Shown piece by piece: positions 1 to 8,798 of a DNA stretch of 38,448 bases; within the stretch, counting starts at the first letter, position 1; each line of letters starts with the position of its first letter. Source of the stretch: an uncultured Alphaproteobacteria bacterium (GTDB lineage Bacteria > Pseudomonadota > Alphaproteobacteria > Rs-D84); assembly GCA_964017835.1 (NCBI GenBank), contig CAXHMP010000004.1, positions 1-38,448 of the forward strand, written 5' to 3'. Made by a program: the position numbers and the translations under genes. A model generated the notes under the pieces. That model searched no databases, was not told where the DNA came from, and worked only from the letters and a program-made list of their open reading frames with translations.

Positions 1-158
1 AAAAAACACCGCCATTGACGAAAGGCGGTTGGAGGTTAGAAACTATTAGTAGTAATAGCGTTGTTTATTTTATATATTCACAACCCTCCAACCATCGTTG
101 GAGTTTTTTAATGACTACTAAGAGGTTTCTAAGCCCCACACCGGGCGTCACCCGGTGC
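1..158 (-). ncRNA. Candidate structured sRNA, copy A of a three-member paralogous family
   Basis: Minus strand has TTGCGA (193-188), a 17-nt spacer and TATAAT (170-165). The transcript has a 5' hairpin CACCGGG/CCCGGTG, a long-range helix TTAGAAAC+TTAGTAGT with ACTACTAA+GTTTCTAA, a hairpin CTCCAAC/GTTGGAG and a small helix GTTG/CAAC. It ends in terminator ACCGCC-N10-GGCGGT plus U6 at 29-1. By eye it is about 85-90% identical to the inverted copy at 21395-21546. Confidence 0.55.
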
Positions 159-198
159 GCCATCATTATATTCTAATTACGGGGGAATCGCAAGCGGG

Positions 199-228
199 AA
201 ATAAAAATCCCGCCATTGTTGGGCGGGG
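199..228 (-). terminator. Intrinsic terminator of the FKBP-like lipoprotein gene
   Basis: Minus-strand hairpin CCCGCC-loop-GGCGGG is followed by AUUUUUAUUU, about 30 nt after the stop codon at 257. Confidence 0.6.
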
Positions 229-256
229 ATTGTGAAATGCCGTGGAACAGGATTTC

Positions 257-586
257 TTATTTTTTAATAATGTCGACGACGGTGACTTTGAACACGACAT
301 CTTTGCCCGCCAATTCGGGGACATATTGGGTCGGGAACGTAATGTTGACGTCACGCTGTTCCCCCTTTTGGGCGCCAATTAATTGTTCTTCGAATCCGGG
401 GACAAATCGACCACTGCCCAGTGTCAACGGAAATCCGTTCGCCGTGCCGCCTGCAAATTGTTCGCCGTTTAAAAATCCGGCAAAGTCAATGACGACCGTG
501 TCGCCGTTCTGCGCGCCCGCATTCCCGTCGCACGCCCCCAGCATCACCGCGCCGCATAATCCCATGGCCGTCATTAATTTTTTCAT
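257..586 (-). CDS. FKBP/trigger-factor-type peptidyl-prolyl isomerase domain lipoprotein
   Basis: The N-terminus MKKLMTAMGLCGAVMLGAC gives a signal peptide plus lipobox. GDTVVIDFAGFLNGEQFAGG..LGSGRFVPGFEEQLIG..LAGKDVVFKVTV matches the FKBP-type PPIase pattern of trigger factor. Confidence 0.75.
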   Translation of the reverse strand: MKKLMTAMGLCGAVMLGACDGNAGAQNGDTVVIDFAGFLNGEQFAGGTANGFPLTLGSGRFVPGFEEQLIGAQKGEQRDVNITFPTQYVPELAGKDVVFKVTVVDIIKK

Positions 587-613
587 GTTTGTTTCCTTTT
601 GGGTTTTTAAAAG

Positions 614-1183
614 TTAATTATTCCGATAAACGCAACGGAATCCGTATTCGCGCATGGTGGCGCCTTCGGCCTCTATCCGATGGTCAAAGAACGGTGTCGG
701 ACGCATGACGTCAAACGACGGATTGTCATAGACCATCACAATGCTGTCGGCGTTGCGGCCACAAACGCGTTTCATTTCATAGTCGGCAACCTTGGCCAAT
801 ATGGTGCGGGCGTCACCGTCGATGTCCATGCCGTCCGCGTTCTGCATCAGCCGCAGGCGCATTTCGCGCAGGTCGGTGTTGCCCAATAAAATCTGGACCC
901 GGACCATGGCGCCACGGTATTCCTGCCACCGGGTTTCCATGCGAGCCGTATTCCAACGGTTGTTGTTTTGTTCCTTTTCCGCGGGGGATTTGGGTTTGTA
1001 TGAATCAATGTTGGCGTATTGGTTATCAGGTTGCATAAATCCGCTGGTGCGTTCATTGTACAGCGGGGCGTCGACGCCACCCTGGGCAAAGTCGGTGGTG
1101 TTGTATTCCCCGTCATCCGTGTTGACACAGCCCCCCAGCGCCAGCACAGCGCCCATAATCCCGCAAATGGTTGATAATTTCAT
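614..1183 (-). CDS. Hypothetical lipoprotein
   Basis: The 208-aa ORF is trimmed to the internal Met giving MKLSTICGIMGAVLALGGC (signal peptide plus lipobox). I recognised no family. Confidence 0.55.
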   Translation of the reverse strand: MKLSTICGIMGAVLALGGCVNTDDGEYNTTDFAQGGVDAPLYNERTSGFMQPDNQYANIDSYKPKSPAEKEQNNNRWNTARMETRWQEYRGAMVRVQILLGNTDLREMRLRLMQNADGMDIDGDARTILAKVADYEMKRVCGRNADSIVMVYDNPSFDVMRPTPFFDHRIEAEGATMREYGFRCVYRNN

Positions 1184-1267
1184 CGATTGGCCCTTTCTTT
1201 CCTTTGATTCAATTCTAGCAAATAAAGAATTTTGATTCAAGTCGCGATTTATGATAAAATCATATCA

Positions 1268-2227
1268 ATGGCAAATGTTGTTTTGGAATCTTTGTTAAAA
1301 CCGTTGGCGGATTTTTATACGCCATCTTTTGTCGAAGAAATCGCCATTAATCATGCCGGTCAGGTGTGGATGCGGCTGCATGGGGCGCGGGTACCATGGG
1401 TGTCGTACGATGCACCCAATTTGTCCCGGCAATATTTGGTCGATTTAATTCATACCGTGGCCAATATCTATGACCGACCGTTTAATCCCACGCACGGGGT
1501 GCCGGTGGTCTATGCCACGTTACCGGGTAATCACCGATTCAGCGCCATTGCCGGTCCCAATGTTCAATATGACGAACGTGACGTCACGGGGGGTGTCGCG
1601 ATGAATATCCGTGGCGGTGGCGCGCCGGATACCAGTTTTGAAAACTATCACCTGCGGCGTGGGGAAAAATTGTTACAGGTCAAAAAACGTAAAACTGACC
1701 GGCCCGACGACCCGTATGAACGCTTGATGGCCGCCATTAATGATGGCAGCCCCATTTTAATCAGTGGCGCCACCGCCACCGGCAAAACGACGTTTTTAAA
1801 TCATCTGTTGACATTAATCGACCAAAATAGCCGCGTTATCACCGTCGAAGATGCGCGCGAAATTCGCGTGCCACAGGAAAACCGTGTTCACTTTGTGTTG
1901 TCGCGGACCGAACAGAACAATGACTTTAATTATGCGCGTCTGTTGGATTTGGTGGTGCGTATGACGCCCGATGTTATCATCGGTGGGGAAATTTCAACCG
2001 ACAATGCATCGGTGTTGTGGGAAATGCTGGGGACGGGGCATGACCATTTTTATACCACCATTCATGCGGAAAGCGCGGATGCAGCATACGCCGCCTTTGC
2101 CGACCGGATTTTGCATACCCAGCCTGCGTACGACCGCGCCCAATTAATTGCCGAAATGCGCCAGAAAATTCGTGTCGTGCAATTGTCGCGCGATGGGGCG
2201 TTGCGTGCGGTGACCGAAGTGGTCTGA
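1268..2227 (+). CDS. virB11: VirB11-type type IV secretion ATPase (T2SS/T4SS GspE-VirB11 family), orphan
   Basis: Walker A is ISGATATGKTTFLNHL, followed by TVEDAREI, IIGGEI and a His box TTIHAES. Length is about 320 aa. Start is placed at MANVV (1268); the ORF opens at 1232. Confidence 0.8.
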   Translation: MANVVLESLLKPLADFYTPSFVEEIAINHAGQVWMRLHGARVPWVSYDAPNLSRQYLVDLIHTVANIYDRPFNPTHGVPVVYATLPGNHRFSAIAGPNVQYDERDVTGGVAMNIRGGGAPDTSFENYHLRRGEKLLQVKKRKTDRPDDPYERLMAAINDGSPILISGATATGKTTFLNHLLTLIDQNSRVITVEDAREIRVPQENRVHFVLSRTEQNNDFNYARLLDLVVRMTPDVIIGGEISTDNASVLWEMLGTGHDHFYTTIHAESADAAYAAFADRILHTQPAYDRAQLIAEMRQKIRVVQLSRDGALRAVTEVV

Positions 2228-2285
2228 TGTTTTTTAGTCATAAAAAACGCCCGCCGGTTTGGCGGGCGAATTTGTTTGATGGTCA

Positions 2286-3290
2286 TTATTTTTCAATTAA
2301 TTTACCCATCGCCACCGCGGTGTCGCCCATGCGGTTGGAAAAGCCCCATTCGTTATCGTACCATGCCGTCACATGCACCAGATTGTCCCCCAGGACCTTG
2401 GTCTGGGACGCGTCGAAAATCGAACTGTGTGCGTCGCCGGTAAAGTCGACCGAAACCAACGGTTTGTCGTTATAGCCGAATGTTTTGGACTGGGCCGCGC
2501 GCATTGCATCGTTGACCGCGTTGACGGTGGCCGGTTTTTCCAAATTCACGACCAATTCAACAACCGATACGTCCGGCGTCGGAACGCGAATCGCCATGCC
2601 GTCCAATTTTCCTGCCAATTTCGGCAGAACCAGGCCGATGGCCTTGGCGGCGCCGGTGCTGGTCGGAATCATGGACAGGGCCGCCGCGCGGGCGCGACGG
2701 AAATCTTTGTGGTTTTTATCCAGTAACTGTTGGTCACCAGTATAGGCATGGACCGTTGTCATCCAACCGCTGAGGATACCAAAGGTGTCGTCCAAAACCG
2801 CCGCCACCGGCGCCAGGCAGTTTGTTGTGCATGACGCATTTGATACAATCAAATCTGTCGGTTTCAGGGTGTCTTGGTTCACGCCATAGACAATTGTGGC
2901 GTCTGCGCCCGCCGACGGCGCCGAAACCAAGACGCGTTTCGCGCCGGCGTCCAGGTGAACGCGTGCCTTGTCCGCGGCGGTGAAAATACCCGTGCATTCC
3001 ATGACAACGTCGATGTTCATTTCACCCCAGGGCAGTTTTGTCGGGTCTTTTTCCGCGATACATTTAATCCGTTGGTTTCCCACAACAATCGTGTCACCAT
3101 CCAATGTCACATCCATTGGCAATTTGCCATGTACGGAATCATATTCCAATAAATAAGCGTTTTGTTCCGCAGGGGCCAAATCGTTGACCGCCACAAATTC
3201 AATGTCGTCACGTCCAGATACCAGTGCCGCACGCAAGACCAAGCGACCAATACGGCCGAATCCATTAATTGCAACCCTTACTTTTGCCAT
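2286..3290 (-). CDS. gap: Glyceraldehyde-3-phosphate dehydrogenase
   Basis: MAKVRVAINGFGRIGRLVLRA supplies the NAD-binding motif and SNASCTTNCLAP the active site. WYDNEWGFSNR lies near the C-terminus. Confidence 0.97.
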   Translation of the reverse strand: MAKVRVAINGFGRIGRLVLRAALVSGRDDIEFVAVNDLAPAEQNAYLLEYDSVHGKLPMDVTLDGDTIVVGNQRIKCIAEKDPTKLPWGEMNIDVVMECTGIFTAADKARVHLDAGAKRVLVSAPSAGADATIVYGVNQDTLKPTDLIVSNASCTTNCLAPVAAVLDDTFGILSGWMTTVHAYTGDQQLLDKNHKDFRRARAAALSMIPTSTGAAKAIGLVLPKLAGKLDGMAIRVPTPDVSVVELVVNLEKPATVNAVNDAMRAAQSKTFGYNDKPLVSVDFTGDAHSSIFDASQTKVLGDNLVHVTAWYDNEWGFSNRMGDTAVAMGKLIEK

Positions 3291-3392
3291 TTTTTTTCCT
3301 TTCCTTATGTTTTGTAATCCAGGGGGTATTTTGCATCAAATATTACCATATTACAATTGAATTTTATGTGGGACGCATTTATAATTGGCAAT

Positions 3393-4283
3393 ATGAAAAC
3401 CAATGCTGTTATTATCGCCGGACCGACCGCATCGGGCAAGTCTGATTTTGCCCACCGGTTGGCCATGGCCACAGGTGGGGTCATCATTAACTGTGACAGT
3501 GTGCAAATTTACCGCGGTATCGAAAATATTTCGGCCAGTCCCATGGCTGGACGTGAAGTTGCGCCGAACATTGACGGTGTGCCGTATCGGCTGTTTTCCA
3601 TTTTGGATTTGGGGCAACAAATCAGTGTGGCCGATTATCTGGGATTGGCGCGGGGGGAATATGATGCCGCCGTGGCGGCCGGCCGGCCGGCGATTTTTGT
3701 GGGCGGGACCGGATTTTATATCGATGCAATTTGCCGGGGACTGGCGCAGATGCCGGAAATTACGCCCGATGTTCGGCGCCGCGCGCGTGACATGGTGGCG
3801 ACCGACCCAAAACGGGTGACCGAAATGTTGGGGGAAAATGCCCCATTGGATTCCCAGCGGCGCGCCCGCGCGTTAGAGGTATTATTGCAAACCGGTCATC
3901 CAATGGCGTATTGGTGGGACCGGCCACGTGTTGGCGCCATTGTGCCGACGCCGGTCCGGGTTTTGCTCAATCCCCCGCGTGACGTATTATTGAAACGCAT
4001 TGCGGCGCGCATTCCGGAAATGATTTCGGGCGGCGCCATGGCAGAGGCCCAGCGCATTATCAAAAACGGATGGAATGAAAATCGCGCCATTGGCGCGACC
4101 CAGTTATGTCGGTATCTGCGCGGGGAAATTGACCGGGATGCGGTCATCGAAAATTGGACGGTACGCACCAATCAATATGCCAAGCGGCAACGCACATGGT
4201 TTAAAACGCAATATGTGCCGGACGTGACCATTGATTCCACGGACGGTGCGGCGTTCGCGCGTGTCATGGAATTAATTGCCTAG
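3393..4283 (+). CDS. miaA: tRNA dimethylallyltransferase
   Basis: P-loop IIAGPTASGKS is followed by INCDSVQIYRG, GGTGFY and YAKRQRTWF. Start is placed at MKTNAV; the ORF opens at 3357. Confidence 0.92.
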   Translation: MKTNAVIIAGPTASGKSDFAHRLAMATGGVIINCDSVQIYRGIENISASPMAGREVAPNIDGVPYRLFSILDLGQQISVADYLGLARGEYDAAVAAGRPAIFVGGTGFYIDAICRGLAQMPEITPDVRRRARDMVATDPKRVTEMLGENAPLDSQRRARALEVLLQTGHPMAYWWDRPRVGAIVPTPVRVLLNPPRDVLLKRIAARIPEMISGGAMAEAQRIIKNGWNENRAIGATQLCRYLRGEIDRDAVIENWTVRTNQYAKRQRTWFKTQYVPDVTIDSTDGAAFARVMELIA

Positions 4284-4288
4284 GTGCA

Positions 4289-4729
4289 TTATCGGGCGTC
4301 ACGGGCGTCTTTTTGGGCGGCCAACATTTTTTGAATATAACTGTTTTTATGAAACAATTGATTTTCAATTTTTGTGGTGGCTGATTTGCGCGTCTGGGGA
4401 TTGGGCGCCTGGATTGAAAACTTGGCCAGGTATTCCGCAATCATTTGGGTCAGTGCCTTTAAAAACTGGGGATTGGTCGAGTTCGAAGATTTCGAATCCA
4501 GCATGATGATAAATAAACGCGATTGGAAAATCGCATAATCTTCGATTTCCTGGGACCAGGTGATTTTCGTGCGCCATGCGTTACCAAAATCTGTAACCCT
4601 GGAATACGACGGGCCATAATAACTGACCACTTTGTCCTGGATAAACGGTGTATATTCCTGGGTGAAAACGCGGGCCGCGGCCGATGGTTTCGTGCGATTG
4701 AATTTCAATTTTGACATATGCATCCCCAT
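4289..4729 (-). CDS. Hypothetical protein
   Basis: This is a 146-aa ORF with several possible starts (MGMHMSK). A -35/-10-like pair (TTGACA .. TATAAT, long spacer) lies upstream on the minus strand at about 4750-4790. I recognised no family. Confidence 0.45.
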   Translation of the reverse strand: MGMHMSKLKFNRTKPSAAARVFTQEYTPFIQDKVVSYYGPSYSRVTDFGNAWRTKITWSQEIEDYAIFQSRLFIIMLDSKSSNSTNPQFLKALTQMIAEYLAKFSIQAPNPQTRKSATTKIENQLFHKNSYIQKMLAAQKDARDAR

Positions 4730-4797
4730 AGGTGGTGGTTAGAAATAATACCTATGGGATTATATGGTACAATTTTTTTGATTTGTCAAGATTAAAA

Positions 4798-5568
4798 TTA
4801 CTTTTTTGCTTTGTGTTTTTTATTATGTTCGCGCTGTAATGAATAGTATTGCCACATTGCCAACGGTCCGATATCGGTTTGGCGCATTTTGCGGCGTACG
4901 CGGAAAATGCCGATAAATTCGTTCTTTAATGACGTATAACCCGCGTATTCCCAATCAATAATGCCAACCACGTCCATGGTGTCGGGGTTGACGATAATAT
5001 TGCTGCACATGTCGCCATGGGTCAGGCCGATGTCGTCCGCCGGCAAATTCCATTGGGCGATGCGTTCCGCCCGCAGGTCCGCCAATTGCGGAAAGTCCGT
5101 ATTAAACAGCGTATAAATAACGCTACCCAATTGGCGGCCAATCTTTTCCCGATGTTCACGAATTCGCGTCAATGGCAAATCAACCAGGACACGCCCGGGG
5201 ATAAAGGTTGTTTTATAAAATAAATAAGGATTGGTTTGAATCAATTCAACGTGCGGCACGCGGATGGGCAGAACGGGCGCAATGGCGTCGGTTATCCGTT
5301 TTTCATATTCAAATTTTTCCACAGAATTGTCACGTTCGTAATATTTGCGCACCTTGTACACGCATTGATTATCAAAGATAAACGCCAGGCTGCCCCCGCC
5401 CTTGGCCAGGCGCATGTGTCGCCAATTTAATTCCGGGCATGCGGCGCGCAGGGCGTCCCGCTTTTTCCCATAATCAAACAATTTTTCACGCCGAAACCAA
5501 TTGCGCGCACGGGGCATCGGAATCAAATACGACAAAAAATAAAGTGTTTCAAAAAAAGTTTTCCACAT
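4798..5568 (-). CDS. Aminoglycoside/choline-kinase-like phosphotransferase (APH family)
   Basis: LTHGDMCSNIIVNP...VGIIDWEYAGY matches the HGDxxxxN catalytic loop plus the IDWE motif typical of APH-type kinases. Confidence 0.7.
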   Translation of the reverse strand: MWKTFFETLYFLSYLIPMPRARNWFRREKLFDYGKKRDALRAACPELNWRHMRLAKGGGSLAFIFDNQCVYKVRKYYERDNSVEKFEYEKRITDAIAPVLPIRVPHVELIQTNPYLFYKTTFIPGRVLVDLPLTRIREHREKIGRQLGSVIYTLFNTDFPQLADLRAERIAQWNLPADDIGLTHGDMCSNIIVNPDTMDVVGIIDWEYAGYTSLKNEFIGIFRVRRKMRQTDIGPLAMWQYYSLQREHNKKHKAKK

Positions 5569-5600
5569 TGGCCTGGTCCCTGGGATTTAAATTCAAATAA

Positions 5601-7844
5601 ATGGTATTGAAAAAAAAGAAAAAAACAAGTACTTTGTCCTGTATGTTCCATGATGGCGATATTGTCAAAGTTTTAATCCCCAACGTTATTAACGCCGGGT
5701 ACGATTACCGGTTGCGCGGCGATGCCCAAATTGGCGACATGGTGCGCGTGACGGTGATGATGCGGCCCTATGTCGGTGTTATTGTTGGTCCCGGGGACAG
5801 TGGATTGCCGTTTGACAAGATTAAGTCTGTGTCCGAAGTTTTGTCCATGCGACTGAATCCGACCGATTTGCGATGGATTATGAAAATGGCCGAATGGACC
5901 ATGATGGCGCCCGGTGCGGTGTTACGGTTAATCTTTAATGTGCCGGACGCGTTTTTGCCGCCACGGATGGAGCAACTCTATGCGCTGGATTTAAGCGGGG
6001 GCGGGCGCATGACCGACGCGCGCCAGGCGGTGGCGGATGCCTTTGCATCCAATGCAGGCGAAGCGTTGTCGGCGGCCGATATTGTGCATATTGCCCGGGT
6101 CAGTTCCGCCGTCGTGCGGACCATGATAAAATCGGGCATGTTGGTGCCGGTTGTGCAACAGGCGGTTCAATCAAAAACAATCATTCCCACATATCATGAC
6201 ACGGGCGCCATTGAATTAAATGCCGAACAATCCGCCGCCGCGGCCGCCATTGGGGACGCAGTTCATCAGGGTGGCTTTTCGGTCCATCTGTTGGATGGGG
6301 TAACCGGCAGTGGCAAGACCCAGGTCTATTTTGATGCCGTATGGCGTGCCTATGCCGCGGGGAAATCGGTTTTACTGATGATGCCTGAAATCGCGTTGAC
6401 GGCGCAATTTATGTCGCGGTTTGCCGCGCGCTTTGGCGCGGCCCCCGTTGTGTGGCATTCCAATTTGACCGCGGCGCGGCGGCGTGATATTTGGCGCGCG
6501 GTGGCGTCGGGCGACGTGCGCATTGTGGTTGGCACGCGCAGCGCGCTGTTTTTACCGTGGCAAAACTTGGGCCTGGTGGTGATTGATGAAGAGCATGACA
6601 CGTCGTACAAGCAGGAAGATATGGGCAATTACCATGCGCGCGATATGGCGATTTTACGCGCGTCGATTGCCGGTTTTCCCGTTGTCTTGGCCAGTGCGAC
6701 GCCGTCGGCGGAAACGATTGAAAACGTGGCGCGCGGTCGGTATCAGCGGTTGCGGTTGACATCGCGGTTCGGCGGTGCGCAAATGCCCCAGATATCAACC
6801 ATTGATATGCGGACCCAACGGGCCGAAGAATACACCAAGCCGGATGATGCGACGCAAATGTGTCCGGGTGCCTTGTCGCCCGAACTGTGTGCCGCAATCG
6901 ATGAAACGGTCCGGTCCGGGCGCCAGGCAATGCTGTTTATCAACCGGCGCGGTTTTGCCCCGATTGTTCAATGTCGCAAATGCGGATATGTCGCGCAATG
7001 TCCCGATTGCAGTGTTGGAATGACGTATCACAAACGCATGGGGAAATTATTGTGTCATATCTGCGGGCGGACGGCGCCCATGGCCGATGTCTGTCCCGAT
7101 TGTGGCGGGGCGGTGACATTGCGCGGCACGGGGCTGGAAAAAGTGCAGGAAGAAATCACCGCCAAGTTCCCGGGCGTCCGTACCGCGTTGGTGTCCAGTG
7201 ACACGATGATGTCGCGAATGGCATTGGAACGCCTGGTTACCCAGATGGAGCAGGGCGATATCGATATTGTCATCGGGACCCAGATTCTGGCCAAGGGGCA
7301 TCATTTTCCCAATCTGACATTGGTGGGGGTGGTGGATGCCGACATGGGGTTGTTCGGGACCGACTTTCGCGCCGCCGAACACACGTTTCAACAATTGTTC
7401 CAGGTGGCCGGGCGCGCGGGGCGTGGTGCATTGCCCGGGCGCGTGTTGATGCAGACGTACCAACCCGACCACCCGGTGATGCAGGCAATATGTGCCGGCG
7501 ACCGTGATAATTTTATGGCCATTGATATGGCGGCGCGCCGCGCCGCGCGCATGCCCCCGTATGGTCAATTAATCGCATTGATTGTCGAAGGGCAGAAGGA
7601 AAGCATCCTGCAAAAATTCTGTGCCGATTTGGCCAATGCGGCCCCGCAATTACAGGGGGCGAAAATCATGGGACCCATCGCCGCCCAGGTCTATCAAATT
7701 CGAAATTGGTACCGGATGCGGTTTTTGATTTCCGGCGATGCCCGCGCGAATTTGCAGCCGGCGGTCAAGCATTGGCTGGATAAAGTCAAGGCACCCGCGA
7801 ATATTCGTGTTAAAATTGATGTTAATCCACAAAACTTTATGTAA
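5601..7844 (+). CDS. priA: Primosomal protein N' (replication restart helicase PriA)
   Basis: Walker A is GVTGSGKTQVY and the DEAH-type box is VIDEEHD. Cys-rich zinc motifs CRKCGY..CPDC..CHICG..CPDCG are present, as is GRAGRG. An alternative start is MFHDGD at 5643. Confidence 0.93.
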   Translation: MVLKKKKKTSTLSCMFHDGDIVKVLIPNVINAGYDYRLRGDAQIGDMVRVTVMMRPYVGVIVGPGDSGLPFDKIKSVSEVLSMRLNPTDLRWIMKMAEWTMMAPGAVLRLIFNVPDAFLPPRMEQLYALDLSGGGRMTDARQAVADAFASNAGEALSAADIVHIARVSSAVVRTMIKSGMLVPVVQQAVQSKTIIPTYHDTGAIELNAEQSAAAAAIGDAVHQGGFSVHLLDGVTGSGKTQVYFDAVWRAYAAGKSVLLMMPEIALTAQFMSRFAARFGAAPVVWHSNLTAARRRDIWRAVASGDVRIVVGTRSALFLPWQNLGLVVIDEEHDTSYKQEDMGNYHARDMAILRASIAGFPVVLASATPSAETIENVARGRYQRLRLTSRFGGAQMPQISTIDMRTQRAEEYTKPDDATQMCPGALSPELCAAIDETVRSGRQAMLFINRRGFAPIVQCRKCGYVAQCPDCSVGMTYHKRMGKLLCHICGRTAPMADVCPDCGGAVTLRGTGLEKVQEEITAKFPGVRTALVSSDTMMSRMALERLVTQMEQGDIDIVIGTQILAKGHHFPNLTLVGVVDADMGLFGTDFRAAEHTFQQLFQVAGRAGRGALPGRVLMQTYQPDHPVMQAICAGDRDNFMAIDMAARRAARMPPYGQLIALIVEGQKESILQKFCADLANAAPQLQGAKIMGPIAAQVYQIRNWYRMRFLISGDARANLQPAVKHWLDKVKAPANIRVKIDVNPQNFM

Positions 7845-7849
7845 TCGGT

Positions 7850-8058
7850 GAAAACGGGCGGGCCTTGGTAAAATAAAGGCCCACCTTGACCAGAAGGAGG
7901 GCTGGAGGTTAGAAACTACCAGTAGATAGTGCGGCGCCTTGGGGCATGGGCCTGTATAGCAACCGCCCTCCAACCCAAATTGTTGGAGGCTTTTATCGTC
8001 ACCTGGGACGCTACTGGCGGGGTTTCTATACCCCATGACAGTGGTCATGTCTGTCACG
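7850..8058 (-). ncRNA. Candidate structured sRNA, divergent copy B of the family
   Basis: Minus strand has TTGAAA (8093-8088), a 17-nt spacer and TATAAT (8070-8065). The architecture matches copies A and C with different sequence in the paired positions: 5' hairpin TGACAG/CTGTCA, helix TAGAAAC+CCAGTAG with CTACTGG+GTTTCTA, and hairpin CCTCCAAC/GTTGGAGG. The 3' hairpin GGGCCTT/AAGGCCC has a weak U-run, so the 3' end is uncertain. Confidence 0.5.
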
Positions 8059-8128
8059 TCGAATATTATAACGTATTTAATTTGGGCTTTCAACCCGTAT
8101 CAGGGGAATTTTCCACCAGAATGCGAAT

Positions 8129-8530
8129 TTATTTTTGTTTCTGGGGGTCGGTGGATTTCATTTTTTGCCACCGCTGTTCAAATTCCAGGTTTCGCCCCAG
8201 ACCCCGCAGGTGCGGGTAGCGGTCAAAAATGGGGTCGGTGTCCCACAGGCTGATGACGGGGCGGCCGACTTCGCGTTCCAGGCGCAGAACATCTTGCTTG
8301 TTACGTTCGAAAAATGCATCCCCCAACAGCACGTGCAGCACTGTTTCAAAATCCGCCGGGCGTGTGAACATGCGGCTTAGCCATATTGCCGTTTGTTGAC
8401 GCATGGTGGGATTAAGGCTGATTAACCCCTGGCGGCGCAGTGTGTCCGTCAGCAGCAATATCCATGTATGCATGGCCGGCGCAAACCCAAGGATATAATA
8501 ACAAAAAATGGCACGGCGATAGCGTAACAT
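8129..8530 (-). CDS. Hypothetical protein (133 aa)
   Basis: The 189-aa ORF is trimmed to Met57 (MLRYRR) because its upstream part overlaps tRNA-Asp on the other strand. I recognised no family. Confidence 0.45.
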   Translation of the reverse strand: MLRYRRAIFCYYILGFAPAMHTWILLLTDTLRRQGLISLNPTMRQQTAIWLSRMFTRPADFETVLHVLLGDAFFERNKQDVLRLEREVGRPVISLWDTDPIFDRYPHLRGLGRNLEFEQRWQKMKSTDPQKQK

Positions 8531-8589
8531 GGCCAAACCATAACATAAACGCCAAAAAATGGGAAATTTAATTTTTATAAAAAAAGGAC

Positions 8590-8618
8590 TTGCATTTATT
8601 TTCCCAACAGGATAATAT
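8590..8618 (+). promoter_or_regulatory. Sigma70-like promoter of tRNA-Asp
   Basis: TTGCAT, a 17-nt spacer and TAATAT end about 12 nt before the mature tRNA 5' end. Confidence 0.5.
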
Positions 8619-8629
8619 ACGAACGCTCT

Positions 8630-8706
8630 GGGGTTGTAGCTCAGCTGGTTAGAGCGTCTGCCTGTCACGCAGAAGGTCGCGGGTTCGAGCCCCGTCAATC
8701 CCGCCA
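8630..8706 (+). tRNA. tRNA-Asp (anticodon GTC)
   Basis: A cloverleaf can be drawn by eye. The acceptor is GGGGTTG/CAATCCC (one G-U), the anticodon stem is TCTGC/GCAGA with loop CTGTCAC, the T-arm is GCGGGTTCGAGCCCCGT, and CCA is encoded. Confidence 0.95.
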
Positions 8707-8714
8707 GAGATTTT

Positions 8715-8737
8715 CACCGCCGTACGGCGGTGTTTTT
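8715..8737 (+). terminator. Intrinsic terminator after tRNA-Asp
   Basis: CACCGCC-GTAC-GGCGGTG is followed by TTTTT. Confidence 0.7.
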
Positions 8738-8798
8738 CATTTGATGTCATTTTTTTCTGTTGTTATTTTTTTTCAAATGTTTTAAATTTTTCGATGTC

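Noticed and set aside
111-176. 21-aa ORF (MTTKRFLSPTPGVTRCAIIIF) with a GGAG upstream, on the strand opposite sRNA copy A (a type I toxin-like idea)
   Set aside because: The ATG and the frame are absent from copies B and C, whereas the RNA helices are conserved.
1-228. Interpretation of the repeated element as two-piece tmRNA, or as a MITE/REP
   Set aside because: There is no T-loop GGTTCGA, acceptor/CCA context or tag reading frame. There are no terminal inverted repeats or target duplications. Each copy has a correctly spaced promoter and a terminator, which fits an expressed RNA gene better. The MITE option cannot be fully excluded without genome-wide copies.
6409-7568. Several 170-aa minus-strand ORFs inside priA
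   Set aside because: They are Arg/Pro/His-rich antisense frames of priA with no independent signals.
8129-8530. Attempt to assign the 133-aa protein, and the 146-aa protein at 4289-4729, to a known family
   Set aside because: I could not recall any motif with confidence, so they are left as hypothetical rather than named.
8531-8698. N-terminal extension of the 189-aa ORF; likewise 18022-18087 and the 61-aa ORF 17939-18124
   Set aside because: These extensions are the antisense strand of tRNA-Asp and tRNA-Leu. The ORFs were trimmed to internal Met codons or discarded.
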